Shown one piece after another: positions 10,350 through 24,500 of a DNA stretch of 41,733 bases. Each line of letters begins with the position of its first letter. Positions within the stretch are counted from its first letter, which is position 1. The stretch is from Lenisia limosa (lineage: Eukaryota; Protista; Breviatea): the NCBI GenBank assembly GCA_001655205.1, contig LPNZ01008685.1, positions 1 through 41,733 of the forward strand, written 5' to 3'. The position numbers and the translations under genes are program-made. Under the pieces are notes generated by a model. That model was given only the letters and a program-made list of their open reading frames with translations. It searched no databases and had not been told where the DNA came from.

Positions 10350-13300
10350 ATGCCTATTAGGGAAATAAGTACTCAATTAGTTGAGGAGATATGCAGGGAG
10401 TTCCGCACCTTGACAACCCTTGATTTAGCGGGAAATGGTTAGTTCTTGTCTCTGTTGCAACTTCCTATCCCCTTCCTCATTGTTTTAGAAATATCTAAGA
10501 TAGAAAACATGGAACCACTTGCTAGCTTGCGACGATTAGACCTCTCCTTCAATGTCATAACGTCTCTTCAAGGGCTTGAGTGTCTTGTTGAATTGAAAGA
10601 GCTGACAATCTCAAACAACAGAATGTATGCCCTATTGAAGGTTCATCTTATTAAATTTAGAGAGTCACTTGCTGGGTTGCCCCTTTTGCCTCACTTAAAG
10701 CGGTTATATTTAGGTAGGGTTTTTGTATTTTGGCGCGCTCCAACCTTCTTGATAATGCAAAATAGCAGTTCCGATGAATGTTCTAACAGCTTAGACCGCA
10801 ACAGAATTAGTTCATTTGAGGAAGTTGGCTATCTCAGCCAGCTAACGAGTCTCAGAAAATTGTCACTCAGAAGCAATGGAATTGCTGACTTATAGTGGGC
10901 TATTAACTGAAATCCAACCATATGTCCTCCATATCTGTATCAGGCGCAATATTTTGATTTCAGGATAAGGAGTAGGGGATTTGTCTTTGTTTTGATTAAT
11001 TTTTTCAATTAAATATTTCTCACGTTAAAGTGGATATCGTAAAGTGGTGGTGACAACGCTTCCCAACCTGGAGTGGTTAGACGGAGTTCAGATCACAGAA
11101 GCAGAGAAAGCCGGAATCTTCAGTTCCGATGACGACGAGTACGCTGAGCCTTGGGCCAATTCAAAAGTGCAATTTTGTAATACCATTTCTTCATGATGAT
11201 GGTGTAACCATTTAGATCAACACTTGCTTCTGAAATGTCGTCAGACCCTGCCATTATACCGCCGCCTCCCCCAAAGAGCCCGGATTCCTTGGTTTCGTCA
11301 ACTGGTAGGGGTGGGGACCCTTCTGGCTTGTAGGTTTGCAATTGGGATGTAATTAGTATTTTCACGGGGATACATCCAAAATTGATAACCGTATAGCCGC
11401 CATAAGACATAAAGCACCATCAGCACCTTTGGGACCTATTAGTCAGCCCTCCAGACGAAATAGATCAAGATCCCTCTCTCCACCAAGAAGCCCAAAACAT
11501 CCTGTGAGTGCCTAGAACTGCGTATTTATCTTATCCTGGTCGACAAGTGTACAGAGTTGTGAGACAAATATTTAAAGGCAATACTGATTCAGCATATTAC
11601 CAATCTGAACTTAATGAATACATGCTCATTATTAAAACTCCATTTGCAACGTATCCTGCCTCAACCAGATTCATCCTTTTATCAGAGCCACTTATTTCTG
11701 CATTATAATGCATTTTTTTTTTGTATATTACTTCTTTCATACCTTCAGTCTTTGCAGCATCCAACCAAGTCGTTTGACAATGCTCCTCTTCCGCAGTTTG
11801 GCCACATGAACCCACAGGTATCAATATTTATGCAACTCAAGCTAATAGTACCCAATGGTGACAGATTTGCATGTCAGGATTGGTGGCTGGATTGACTTTA
11901 AAGAATTTTGTACCGAATCTCTCCGACCCACAGTCCCCATTTAGTATGTGGCAGCATCACCCTGCCGCGATCACAATTGTCCAGGTGGGTCACGTGACAC
12001 TTGGAAGGTCTCACTCACATCACAGAATCAAGTCCCGCCCATACCATCGAAATCTTCAACGTTTTCGTCAACAACACAGACCACTGCGAATGACATACCC
12101 TGCAAAACATGTCTTGCCAGTCAAACGGTCATCTCACCTGAGGTGCATGATCAAGGCAATCAGGCTGACATTTCTGAACCTGAAATTCATTCAAAAACGG
12201 TGGAGTTTGAGAAGACCGAACAAAGCCTTCCTGTCAAAACAATCACTTTTGATGAAGGTGTTCAGGTTGAAACTGAACCAGATGTCAAAACAATCACTTT
12301 TGACGAAGGAATTCAGGTTGAAACTGAACCAGATGTCAAAACAATCACTTTTGATGAAGGAATTCAGGTTGAAACTGAATCAGATGTCATTTACATCGAG
12401 AAAGAAGTTCACGCTGCCCCAGTTCCCATCCAAAGGGACCTTGTGGAATGCTCATCACAGACCGACGAGCCTCAAATGGAGTCTAAATCCTCCGAAACTT
12501 TTCCTGACCCCATCAAGCCGACAGAACCCTATGGTGTGGCCCCTTCTGCAGCAGATCACGTTCCAGTCTTGGAGCCGAAAGTAATGAAAGACGCGGTTGT
12601 GGTGGGCTCCTGTTCTAAACATATTGCACTTTGAGGGATCATATCACATATTAGTCTGCAAACGAGACGTTGGAGCCAACAGTGCCTTGTACCACTGACC
12701 AGGACTTTTTGATTCAAATCGAAGCTCTCAAGAAAATTGGTATGAAAATGTTGAATTAGATGTGTAGTATATATGTATTTGATAAACAACGCCTATTCTT
12801 GTTCACACTGAGATTACTGACCACTAGTTCGCATGCAAGACGAGGGGTTAAGTTCAGATGGCTCACCTGAGAATGTTCTCGAAAGAATGCACCGATGGAG
12901 GGGTTTGACAGGATCTGAAGAATGGGGCTGTGCTTTGGCCTAAATAATTGACATGTCAGGTGAGGTGTTCAAGGCGCTGGTACAGCTGCAGTCGTGTCAA
13001 CTACAGACCAGGGAGATCCGACAAAAGGCTCAAGAAGAGGTTTGTTTTGTGAGGGGACAATAATGTAACAAGGTTCAGTCTGAGCCCCCCAGTGTTGTTC
13101 AATATGTAAGGATAGTTATTGTTTCAGGTACAAGACGCAGAGAATACCATATCTGATCTTCAACGCCAAAATGAGGTTTGTTTCCACAGTAATGTACAGC
13201 TTTCATCTCTGACTGTCCATCACCCCTAATAATCAGTTTCTCACCGAGCATCATCGGTATCAGACTGCTGCTTCTAATCACCACATCCGGCAACTCCAGG

Positions 13301-14766
13301 TAAACGGGCTGTGACTGTAAATCTATCCTGAATTTGTGGAAACCCAACAGTTTGCTGTGCGTCCATTGTGAACTGATAACACCGGCATCTTTTTTCATGA
13401 ATGATAATTATCTCACCCTAATCAACTCTTTCATTAGCCAGTCTTATTATTTCACAGGTTCAAATTGAGCAAATGGCCGAACATATTGAAAGTCTTCCAC
13501 AACCCCCCACAACTACCAACGAGGTTTGCTTGTGAATTACAAGATGCATGAATCACCTATTAACAAATTTTCATATTTTTGTGTCCTTTCTGATGGTACC
13601 TTAGGAAGCTCGTCCACCCACCAAGGAACTCGTATCTTTGTCCACCCAAACCGACCGCATTCACACGGCTACTTCGACATCATACTCACAAACCATTCCC
13701 CTACGCACATCAACAACAGCCACGCAAGTATGCATCAAAAACAAAGGCATATTCTAAAGATCCCCTTTCATTCTTCAGGCTGCAGCCCCCTCACGAGTGT
13801 GCTCTACCCAAACCGAGCCAAGTTCGCCAGCACCCCTGCGACGAACACCGCGTGGGCCAATTGAGGTAGGGGGTGGGGGGTGAAAAGAGAGTTCGTCAGC
13901 TTAGATTCTACAGAATCTAAGTTCTTTTGAATTGACAGAACAGACCTCCGCCACTGCCTCTGCCGCGACCAAACTGTTGGACATGATAAGAAAGCCGTCC
14001 GCAAATAGTGGGTTCTTTGCCCATAATTTGTCTTGTTTATCATTGGTTTGCTTTGCCTTAGATCCCTTGCTAATGTCAGCCATTCATACATTTCAGTTTC
14101 ATCTCAGCGACCGCCCCTTCCCCATAATAGAAGTGCCCCCATCATCCACTCCTACGACCATGCACCTCCAAATCATGAACCACAGCATTATCCGAACTAC
14201 CCGGGCCAGCAGCACGATGTTCATCAGAGGTAGGGCTTGTTCGGACAAACTATAACCTTTTCCCTGAACTAACTTTTTCCTTTTGGATTCTCATCGACAT
14301 AGACTGCAAGCCAATTCCGGCCACAACCCAAATGTCCACTTCACCCCGCATGACACTCAAGTTAGCGGGTTGGGGTTGAGAGATATTGAGACTTGTTTGT
14401 TCAAGAGATGACGTGAACAGAATACGCCACCTGCACCTCCTCCAGAGCACTTTCTTGAACAGGCTAAAAAGGTGCCAACTCTCACCATGCACCTTCCAAC
14501 CACCACCAGTCCTTCTGTAGGTTACACAACTCTTTTCTGATTATTTTGGGGCGAATTCCGTATCCTCCATGCATATTCCTTCTTCTGCTTGGTGTTTCAT
14601 TCCATCCAGACGGACACTACGCGAAGTAGCAGTTCATCCCAAGCCCTTCGACAGGCTGCAGAGTCTAACCTAATGCGCAATATTGACGACGATGACAGGT
14701 ATAGAAGCGTCGCTGGCAAACACAATCGAATTCCCAATCTCATGAATTAGTGACGACGACTGGTGA
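10350..14766 (+). CDS. Leucine-rich-repeat (SDS22-like) protein with disordered repeat region and C-terminal coiled coil; possibly basal-body/centrosome associated
   Basis: N-terminal LRRs (LTTLDLAGNEISKIENMEPLASLRRLDLSFNVITSLQGLECLVELKELTISNNR..) with an LRR cap YRKVVVTTLPNLEWLDG. These are followed by a large S/T/P/E-rich exon (about 11948-12600), a coiled-coil segment LERMHRWRGEVFKALVQLQ, and an acidic end NIDDDDSDDDW*. Middle and 3' exon boundaries are approximate. Confidence 0.7.
12233..12388 (+). repeat. Coding tandem repeat, 3 x 51 nt (VKTITFDEG[V/I]QVETE[P/S]D)
   Basis: Units start at 12233, 12284 and 12335, are nearly identical, and are in frame within ORF 11948-12634. Confidence 0.95.
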
Positions 14767-14972
14767 GCATCAGGCTCGTGAACCTTTCCAACCCATCTGC
14801 TACTCTGAACTTTGTGCTTGATATTTATAGGGCTATATTCTGAGGTATTGTATTGTAAGAGCTGAGGATGCTCTGTGTATTTATTGTATTGTTTACTTGT
14901 TATTGTGCTTTTTTGTAACAAAACACTTGATTGAAAGAATGGACGAATGTATACATTGGTAAAAGCAGGGGT

Positions 14973-17900
14973 TTACTCGTAGTAGAATACAATCTGGAAG
15001 GTTAGGGAAATGGGAAACTTCATTGAGAGCCAGATGGAGCCTTAGGAAAGCATACCTCGGGAGTCTCCACAGAGTCGCCCATTTCGGTGGTGGTGTTAAG
15101 GACGACTGAGAAGTACTTGGGGGGTAAGTCAGCACCACTTCCGGTCTTATAGAGCTCAGTCATCTGGAATGTCAAAAGGGGACAAACAGTTCATGAGTCA
15201 GGGTTTCAGGTCACCTTTTTGTTAAGTCTATCGGCGTTGTTCGGGAGGAGAGCATTGTAGAGGTTCAAGCCACGGCCATCCTAAAAAATTATCCTGCAGC
15301 TGGCATAATGACTGGAGAGTAACACTCGATAATTCCACAGACCTTGGTAAGAATAGCAATTGAGTCGACAATAATTTTGTGCTCGGTCTGAAAAGGTGAA
15401 AATTGATTCAAAACACAAAAAGAGTTGACAAAGAGAAGACACCCACCTTGAAGTGGTTGATGAGCTCTTGGACAGTCAAATCGCCAGCCTTGATCTCCAA
15501 ACGGTCCCATACCTAAAAAGTTAATTCCTACGTCCAAAAAATGCAACAATTTCTATTTCAGCCCCCCCCCCCACAGTGTGACCCTCGGGGTAAGCCACAA
15601 TGTCTTCTTCTTCAATGTACTCAGGATAGTTGATTGGGTCAGGGCATGACTTCTCACTGCGGGAAATGATCTGAGGGGGGGGGGGGGGGGGGGGNNNNNN
15701 NNNNNNNNNNNNNNNNNNNNNNNNNNNNNNNNNNNNNNNNNNNNNNNNNNNNNNNNNNNNNNNNNNNNNNTCTGTTGACTGACAGCACACGAGGGGTAAG
15801 ATTGACTCAACGGAAGACTCACAGTGAGACTATTGGGATTAGGGCCTCACTTCGGTTCAAAAAGTCCGGTAAAATATCCATAGTTTTCAACGATTTATCG
15901 AAAAATTCAGTCTTTTCGAACCGAAGTGAAGCCCTAATTGGGAAATATCTCACCTTCTTGGGAGGCATTGGCTCCATCATTGAGAAGAGCGGAATGGCAA
16001 GGTTGACGAATGAGCATTTGAAATCCTCAAGCTTCTTCTTCTGAATCACCTTGTAGAGCTCCATACATACCTGAATGTCAGCTTGCTTTGGTAGAAATTG
16101 CGTCATTAAGGCGACATTACGTAACCATCATGAATCAACAACCCTCCCACAAGTCCAGTGGCCATGGCAGTGGTGGTGGCGATTGCGGGGATAATACGGC
16201 CGGCAATCAACTTGGCTTGGAGTTTGTCAACTTCCTTGATGCCTTTGGGGTTACAGGAAAATGTTTATGACCTCATACTATACTTCTAAGACTCTAACAC
16301 ATGATACTAATAATATAATATTATGTCCGAGAAAATATGATGCTCCCACCATAGTTTCTGCCTCGCAAGTTGCCAACAGCTCCGATGAACTCCATATGAA
16401 AGTTGGTGTCGTCGTCCTTCTCAAATTCCTCGGGCTAAAACGTGATGGTCTCAAAACATGATGGAGTTGAAAATATAAAACATGACTATTTTAAACCTNN
16501 NNNNNNNNNNNNNNNNNNNNNNNNNNNNNNNNNNNNNNNNNNNNNNNNNNNNNNNNNNNNNNNGCTCATTCTGGATAGTTAGACAAGAGCTGTAGCTATG
16601 AAAGAGGCAAGTGCGTACGAAGAGAGTGTCAATGTCAACGTCCTCGTCATCATCATCATCGTCTTCTCCATCTCCAGCGTCAATCTTGGCAGAAGACTGA
16701 AGGGTCAAGGTCACTGATTCGGCAGTGGAAGAGATCACCCCCCCCCCCNNNNNNNNNNNNNNNNNNNNNNNNNNNNNNNNNNNNNNNNNNNNNNNNNNNN
16801 NNNNNNNNNNNNNNNNNNNNNNNNNNNNNNNNNNNNNNNNNNNNNNNNNNNNNNNNNNNNNNNNNNNNNNNNNNNNNNNNNNNNNNNNNNNNNNNNNNNN
16901 NNNNNNNCAAAAAAAAATAAATAAATAATAATAATAATAATTATTTAAATATCGTATCATATAATATCATATAGTATATATATGATATATAATATCATTA
17001 TACTATATTATTTAGTATATCATATCATACTATATATTATACGTAATAGTATACTATATAGTAGAATGAACTGTTTGATATCCTCAATTGCCAGTCATTT
17101 TAGCCAAGCCCACCTGGCCTGGGGTGGGAACATTGCAGGTCACGGCTCTCAGAACGGCAGCCGCAGTGATAAAACGCACATGCTCAGCATCCTCAGAGGA
17201 GAAGGTCAAGGCGGTTGGGAATCTCTGGGGGGTCAGATGAGAAAGAAAACACGGCAGTAGCTACCTTGGGGGGAGACCAGAAGTTGATACCGGAGCTGGT
17301 GACTGCATCCTAAATGGGCGTGAGGATCAACGTTTTTGGTACACTTGAGGTGAATGAAAGGGTTTTGTTGAACAGAAGAGCAGGGCCTAACCTTGGGGAA
17401 GGTGAAGACAAGCTGCTTGATTCTGTTGCAGAAGTAGTCCTCAAACCTGGCTGTTAGAACAGAAACAATCCCACAGTATTCAATCNNNNNNNNNNNNNNN
17501 NNNNNNNNNNNNNNNNNNNNNNNNNNNNNNNNNNNNNNNNNNNNNNNNNNNNNNNNNNNNNNNNNNNNNNNNNNNNNNNNNNNNNNNNNNNNNNNNNNNN
17601 NNNNNNNNNNNNNNNNNNNNNNNNNNNNNNNNNNNNNNNNNNNNNNGCGAAAGAGTTCAAAAAGACATTAGGAAGAAAACATGAAATGAATAATCCTCTC
17701 CACCCACAGCATTCAACTTTTCAACGACATCCCTATCGACTTGTCCTTCAGCGATGCCACGGCCGTTCTGAAAGATCAGTCATAGTCTTGCAGTCAAGGA
17801 TCAGAAGAAGACCAACGAGCAGAACCGGCCATGCAGACCTTGATGTAGTTGTTAGCCTCGGAAGGAGCGGAAGAGAAGTTGCCAACGAACTCTGAGCGGC

Positions 17901-20900
17901 CCCATGACAGACAATGGTTGATGGTGCTCGGGAAGTTGTGAAGGGTGCAGTCAGGGGCCTGAAGCGTGACCACGACTCAATAATAGCATTAACACCAGAA
18001 CGATAGAACTGTATATACCTCCTTTTCGGGGGGGTCAGCAGAGGCGCCGTAGTTTTCAGTCACATGGGGAAGAACAACCTAGAGGGTTAGATCTTGGAAG
18101 CATAGGTAATACATTCTATAAATAATTATACAACACATATTCAATTTGATTTTCATCGAGATAAACACAAACAAAAAAAAAAAACAATACGGCAATATCC
18201 GACCTGGGTGTTGCACTTGGGTCCCAAGGTGCCGGATTCGAGCAGAGGCTTGTTAAAGAACACACAGCGAGAGTCAACGTAGAGACGTGCCTTGAGGGTG
18301 AGAGCATGCCTGGAAAGAAGCGTATCATACAACAGCCCTGTCATAGTGCCAACCTTCATGTTGTCAAGGGCATTGCAAACTCCGGTCAAGGAATTCCAGA
18401 ACTGGTCATTGAAAACGTCTTCGGTCTCAGAGGATACTGCGAGTTAAACAAGGTATTTCAAATTGTGCCCATGGAGTCAAAATATCATATGGAATTCATT
18501 AACAACAAAAACTGAGTTTAGTGAGGGTGGGAATTCATTTTTCTATTTGAAGCCACCCAAGCGTATACCTCTATCCTCGAGAGCCTTGATGTTGATTTCG
18601 GGGTTCATGGTTTTAACAGCCTAGTGCGTTAGGAATGGAGGAGGCAAGGGAAACACCCACATTGGCAGCAGCAGAGGATTTGCTCTGTCCAATCATCCAG
18701 TTGCGGAAGAGGAACTGTCTCGTCAGGTTGCTTCTCTCAATCGTGTCGTCATCGGTGACACTGACATAGCCGTGCGGACCGCATCCGAGCCCCATCATTG
18801 CGAAGTTCTTAACAAGCTCACAGCCCAGGGCGCCAGCTCCGACCAAGAAGTAGCGCTCGTTGGAGATTTGGGTCTGGACTGAACGGCCAAAGACTGAGAT
18901 CTGCAATGTCAAAGACGGAATTCTCCGAATCGGACTTGAGATACCATCCCCNNNNNNNNNNNNNNNNNNNNNNNNNNNNNNNNNNNNNNNNNNNNNNNNN
19001 NNNNNNNNNNNNNNNNNNNNNNNNNNNNNNNAAGGCAGAGGGCTGGGCATGGCCTCGGCAAAGTCCATGTAAAGCCACTGGTGCAGAGGATGGAACTTGC
19101 CTGTAGCAGCCTGACAGGTTAGGAAAAAATAGAAATGGCCGCAAAACAGCCGCCTGGTTGGCCATTTAGAGAAGCCCTTTAGGATCCTATTTATAGATCA
19201 CTGACCTTGATAACCTCCTGTCCAATGAGACCACCGAAAATGGCTGCCATTGGGTTGAGTACGGCCCTAAGCTGTAAGGAGGGGGGTACTCATAAGATGA
19301 TAAAAGAGGTGGGAACGGGAATTGCCTGAGTAATACAAAAGCATGAAGGCGCATACCTGGCTCCATGACAAAGCTTGAAGTTCAGCTCAGATGCATCATT
19401 ATCGAGCTCAATCTGGGGAGTAAATAGAGTGATCAAGGGAAGAATACATAAATGATTGAGAACCAACCCTCTGGTCTTGAGGTAAGTCGTCCATGATCTC
19501 GCGAGCGTAGGTGATGACTGACGCTGCATGTACACTGTTGCATGGAGCGGGGAGCTTGCCGTTCTTCTCCTGAGAGGAGGTGCGGGGATGAAAAGATGTT
19601 GGATAGTAGGGGGGGGGGGGGNNNNNNNNNNNNNNNNNNNNNNNNNNNNNNNNNNNNNNNNNNNNNNNNNNNNNNNNNNNNNNNNNNNNNNNNNNNAAGC
19701 GAGCAAGGGCACGGAAGAGAAGATGGAGAAGGCGGCTGCGGTCGAATTTACTGAAGTCGGACTCAAGGAATTCGCCAGGAGAGGTGATTGAAGATCTGGT
19801 CAACATGAAATTTCCAACGTTAAAATGGCAAAGCACATGTTTATACCACTATCAGCGCCATGAAAACCTGAGATACACGGAGCTTTCATCAAATCCGTAT
19901 TCCTCTTACCTAAGGTCCTTGAATTGAATGTTCTGCGGAACCTTGACCTGAGTTGCTAAGCCCCCAGAAACGTAAGTGCCGTGTTCAGCTGTCACTCCCT
20001 AGGAAGTCAGTAAAGAGGGCTGTAACTCCGGGTAAAGTTGTTATTCCCAGTGAGCGAAGCATTCTTTGCCTACCTTTACCATAAAGCTGAAAGCCTTAAC
20101 ATCGTAGATCTCAAAAGTCGTTCCTTCAGTACAAAGAGCATCCATACCTAGCGGTTACACGGACAAAGGAAAAGAGAGAAATAATCAACAAACCACATAA
20201 CCCCAAACCCTGAATTTCAGTGAATTGGACATGGTCGCCGTCCTGGAAGTCCACACGCTCCTGAAGTGTCAACCCATCAAATCAGCAATTTCCAGCTTAA
20301 GTCCCCTTTTCACAGCTCACATCTTGAATACAGGACACAAGACAGCCCTTTTCGGTAATAGTCAAATCAGCCATAGTTGCAGTTTGAACCTGCTCGCCAT
20401 TCATATCTGTTGTGGAGTGATGAGGAGGTGGAAACTGCTCAAGAATAGTGACGAGATAACCACCAGTTCAAAAAAAAAAACCTACCAGTGCAAACAAAAG
20501 CGTTTCCAAGATCAACAAAAGCTGAAGCGAAGAGGCCGTACGTGTTGGTGGCGATGAAATGGATGGTGGGCGTTTGGCTTCTACAGAACTCGTTGATGGC
20601 AACTGAACAGTTACAGAGGAAAAACTCAAAGAAACGACTCAAATCATCATATATAAATGAAAACAAATAAAGAAAAGAAAAAAGCGCAATCCCTTAGTAT
20701 CACTTCGTCATTAGCTCACGGAAAGCAAGTGAAATGATTTTTTTAAAACGAAGAAGGTCCCACCATTCTTCTCAAGTGCTTGGTTGACAGCCACAACAAT
20801 GTCAAAATTGGCAACAGATGGGATAGAGAGATCCCCAATCATAACAGACACGTCAACGGCACTATTAAGTTCTTGCATGCGTGGTAGGCAGGCTTCAGCA

Positions 20901-21377
20901 CGGTTCTAATTGTAGGATTAACTCTGGTAATATCCTTGAGTTGCTGCCAATTCACACAAATAATACCTCTTTTTGAACTATTTTCTATCACTAAAACTTA
21001 ACTTACACACACTCTCTATTGATGAACATGAAGCTGCTCACCTTGCCAATGTCTTCAGGGCCAAGATAAAACTGAGAAGACAGATCCATCCAGGTGGTCA
21101 GTTGGTTGTCTTGAAGGGTTACACTCTTCACATTAGCAAGAATTACATTCTTAGCAATCTAAATAAAGTGAGGATAGAAGAGGAACAGCGTTAAGTACCT
21201 CGGCTCCGACTCCATCAAGTCCCAAAATCAAAATGCGACAGGAAGATAATTTTCCCATGGCTTGACGTCCGTAGACAGCCAATTGGCGACTCTGGAGGTT
21301 TTCATCAATTTCTGAAATTCGGTGAATAAGAGATAAAGAACAACGTCCTTACCTGGGCTAGCTTTACGATCTGTCAT
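14973..21377 (-). CDS. UBA1: Ubiquitin-activating enzyme E1
   Basis: [73 protein letters not shown], catalytic [80 protein letters not shown]. Several exon ends lie in N gaps. Confidence 0.96.
15840..15936. mobile_element. Non-autonomous hAT-like MITE, copy A (97 bp), in a UBA1 intron
   Basis: Termini TAGGGC...GCCCTA. The inverted arms 15838-15864 and 15912-15938 match at 25/27. Flanks are ATTGGGAT and ATTGGGAA (7/8 direct repeat). Homologous to 38925-39025. Confidence 0.8.
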
Positions 21378-21558
21378 AATTATTTGAGTCTCAAGCAAGT
21401 CTCAGTTTAACGTGGTTTGAAAAAAAAACCGATTTAAGGGTTGATGCAGATGACGCGCAACGTTTGTCTCTTTTTAAAAAAATGGAACGACTACTCGTTT
21501 ATTATTATCCGCTGCTGTTGTTGAAACTGTAAAACTGTATCTATAAATTAGGAGTGAA
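21378..21558. promoter_or_regulatory. Probable bidirectional promoter between UBA1 and the RasGAP gene
   Basis: Only 181 bp separate the divergent start codons, and the spacer contains T-run/A-run junctions. Inferred from position only. Confidence 0.5.
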
Positions 21559-24500
21559 ATGACTGAGAATAGTCCCCCAATCGAGAACTTGAAGGTTGAT
21601 GATGATATAAGTGATTCCCAGTCCGATAAAACATCACCTAATAAAAATGGTGTCAATGAAGAGAATATTGAGACTCCGGTTGAACCTAAATGTGAAGCTA
21701 CAATTCCTCTTCCTCCTGGTGCTCCCCCTCCACCTCCTATGCCCTCTCTTGATCAAGAAGCCGTGAGATCTGTCATTCAGAAGCTTGTTCTCGGACACTC
21801 TTCTGTCCATCTCCTTCAAGGTCTCAATGAAGCAGTTAGTGCTCCTCATCAGTGTAAGCTTTATTCTTCTCCATTTTTTGTCTTGCGCTTTTAATAGTGT
21901 ATTAATTGTAAGGTTCTTTGAGACTATGAAGTTGTATTCAGAACATTTCTTGGTTTTTCTAAATTCCTTCTATTTTGTGATTGACAATCGCAGCTGACGT
22001 TGCCAAATGTCTTGTTCATATTTATGGCAGCAAACACCAACTACTGAGGTTGGGGGTGCTTTGGTGAAGCTCAGGATTCTGAAGCTTTATGATTATGAGT
22101 ATTCCTAGTCTTGATACCTCTCCCCTCTATTTTGTAAAAACAAATGTTAGGAATGAGTCGACCTTCAATCGGCAACCCCTCCTCCTGTTTTGCAAACCAT
22201 CAAAATTAACAACCCTAGACTCCTGCGTGAGTGCATTGAGCAGGAAGTTAGGACCGCTACTGATGAAGCAACTCTCTTCAGAGGAGTATCCCTCTATATT
22301 AAGGTTTGTTACTTGATATGGAATGTTAAAAAACGATTTTCTGCAGTGTCTTACCCTCAGGTTATTTCAGACTATCTTTCCGAGACAGGCAAGTCTCTCT
22401 TGCGATCTCTTCTTTCTGATTCGTAAGCTCTACCATGCAAATTTCCCTATTCACCTTTTTAGGATTATTGAGTTTGTCCACTTACCTGAGCCTCTTGAGG
22501 TGGACCCTGATAAAACTATGGGTATGTGAATCATTAGAAGTAGATTCCCTAAAGTCTGGATAGAGACTGTATTTCTGACAATCTCTTGATAAAACTGAGC
22601 TCTTTCGTACTCAAAGGAAGCCGTATTTAGAAGAGAACTTCTTCTCAACTATGACTGAATATTATTTTGTCACCATTTTAATACAGAAGACTTGTCTAGT
22701 GTGTTTTACTTTCTAGATACGGAACAAATTGAGAAAGATTCTGAGTCTCTTAAGCAGCTGACATCCACTCTTCTTACTCGTATCTACTCCAGAATCACTG
22801 CTTTCCCAGGGGAGGTAAGAGCTGTTTTTGTTACTTTATGGAGCTGTTCTTTTGTTTTTGTTGATTAATATTGCCAGATGAGAGCCATGTTTGCCAGTAT
22901 TTTGAAGGTTGCTGAAGCCCGTTTTGAAGGAGAGGGAATCACAGCGGTCGGCGCCTTTCTGTTCCTTCGGTTCATTGGACCTGCACTTGTCGCCCCGGAA
23001 GCCATTGACGTTGTGACTAACGAGTAAGCTGAATTCTGGATCTACTTTTCAAGTTTTCTGGGGTGGAATTTTTTGTTTTCTGATAAGGAATAACTTTTTA
23101 GGGATGCTGTTCCTGCACGTCGCACCTTGATGCTTGTCAACAAACTAATCATGGCCCTTGCTAACAAGTGAGCCAGTTGTGCAGTTGCTTTCATTTTTGG
23201 ATGTTGACAGCGTGAATAAATCGTGAACATTTCACTTCTTCTTTTACTTTTCGTCATGTTACCATTTGTAGCTCGTTGTTTGAGGAAAAGGAGGGATTCA
23301 TGGCCAAATTTAACCCTTGGGTGCAAGAAAACCTTCAGGTTGGTGGATAGTTTTTCATTTCTGGCTGATAAAACCTGTTGTTTACTTTGTAGTGTTTCAG
23401 GGATTTCTTAAAGCTTGTTGCTACCCCCACAAATGAGGAAAGGCGCGCTCTTGGTTCTATTGCCGGGTATGGCGGATTTGCTACATACATATCTCACATT
23501 CCAATGGTTGCCTAATTCTGATATTGTAGCATTCTTCCACTTGACATTGAGGACAAGTCCACCGCCTGTTTATCGTGGTATATTTCACAGTATGAAGGGA
23601 TACCTTGAAAAGTGACACAAATGTGGTTTTACAGTGGTTTATTTTTTTTAGGTATGGGGAGGCTCTGAAGGCTTTCCTTGATACAAACTCTCACCAGGAC
23701 TGCTGTAGGCACATGAATTGCTTTTGAGTGCTCTCTTCTTACTTCACTAAATAGACAATCTACTGAACCTGGCACTTCTCCGACTTGGCAGTCCTGAGCG
23801 TTCATTCACATCAACAAATCTACTCATTGTAGGCGGTGTTAACAATATCTAATCTTTAGCCTCATTTACTGATTATTTATTCCTTCGTAGGACAACGAAG
23901 TGATTATCGCGGACTGGCTTGTCAAGTGTGGTGGATCACATAAGAGTTGGAAGAAGCGCTGGATGGTCCTGACCCCTACCTGTCTGACGTATATGGCCAA
24001 AGAATTTGTTGGCGGATGGAGAGCTTCTCTTGGGCTTTGATTTTTTGAAACCCTTCGCAAAGCTGATTTTTCAGGATATGACGAAGGGGCGTGTTCTTAT
24101 GAAGGATGTGGTGCGCGTATACGCCAAGCGCCCAGCCCCTGAGGACTCCCGTCACCCCAAACTGCCCTTTGCGTTTTGCATTGATGTTCCCGGCCGCACT
24201 TATATCGCACTTCCCAACGACGAGACTGAGGTACGGATGCTACTCTCATCAGATATAACTGTTCACTGGACTCTTGTGCTATCAACTCGAATTCCCCCCT
24301 CGCCCCTCCCAACACCTTATACAATTTTTTGGAAATAAAAACGGATTTTCTTCGATGAAATATTGCTATAATCGTGATGATTGTATTTTGTAGTAACGAT
24401 TTTTAGAGAGACAAATGGATTGAAGCCCTCAACCACGTTTGCAATGAGCTGAAACACATTAAAAGTAGGCTGGAGCGCAGCTGTATGAAATACAATGAGC

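Noticed and set aside
14560-14609. U12-type intron (donor GTATCCTC)
   Set aside because: The donor is only a partial match to GTATCCTT, there is no TCCTTAAC-like branch point near the acceptor, and the exon model here is itself tentative.
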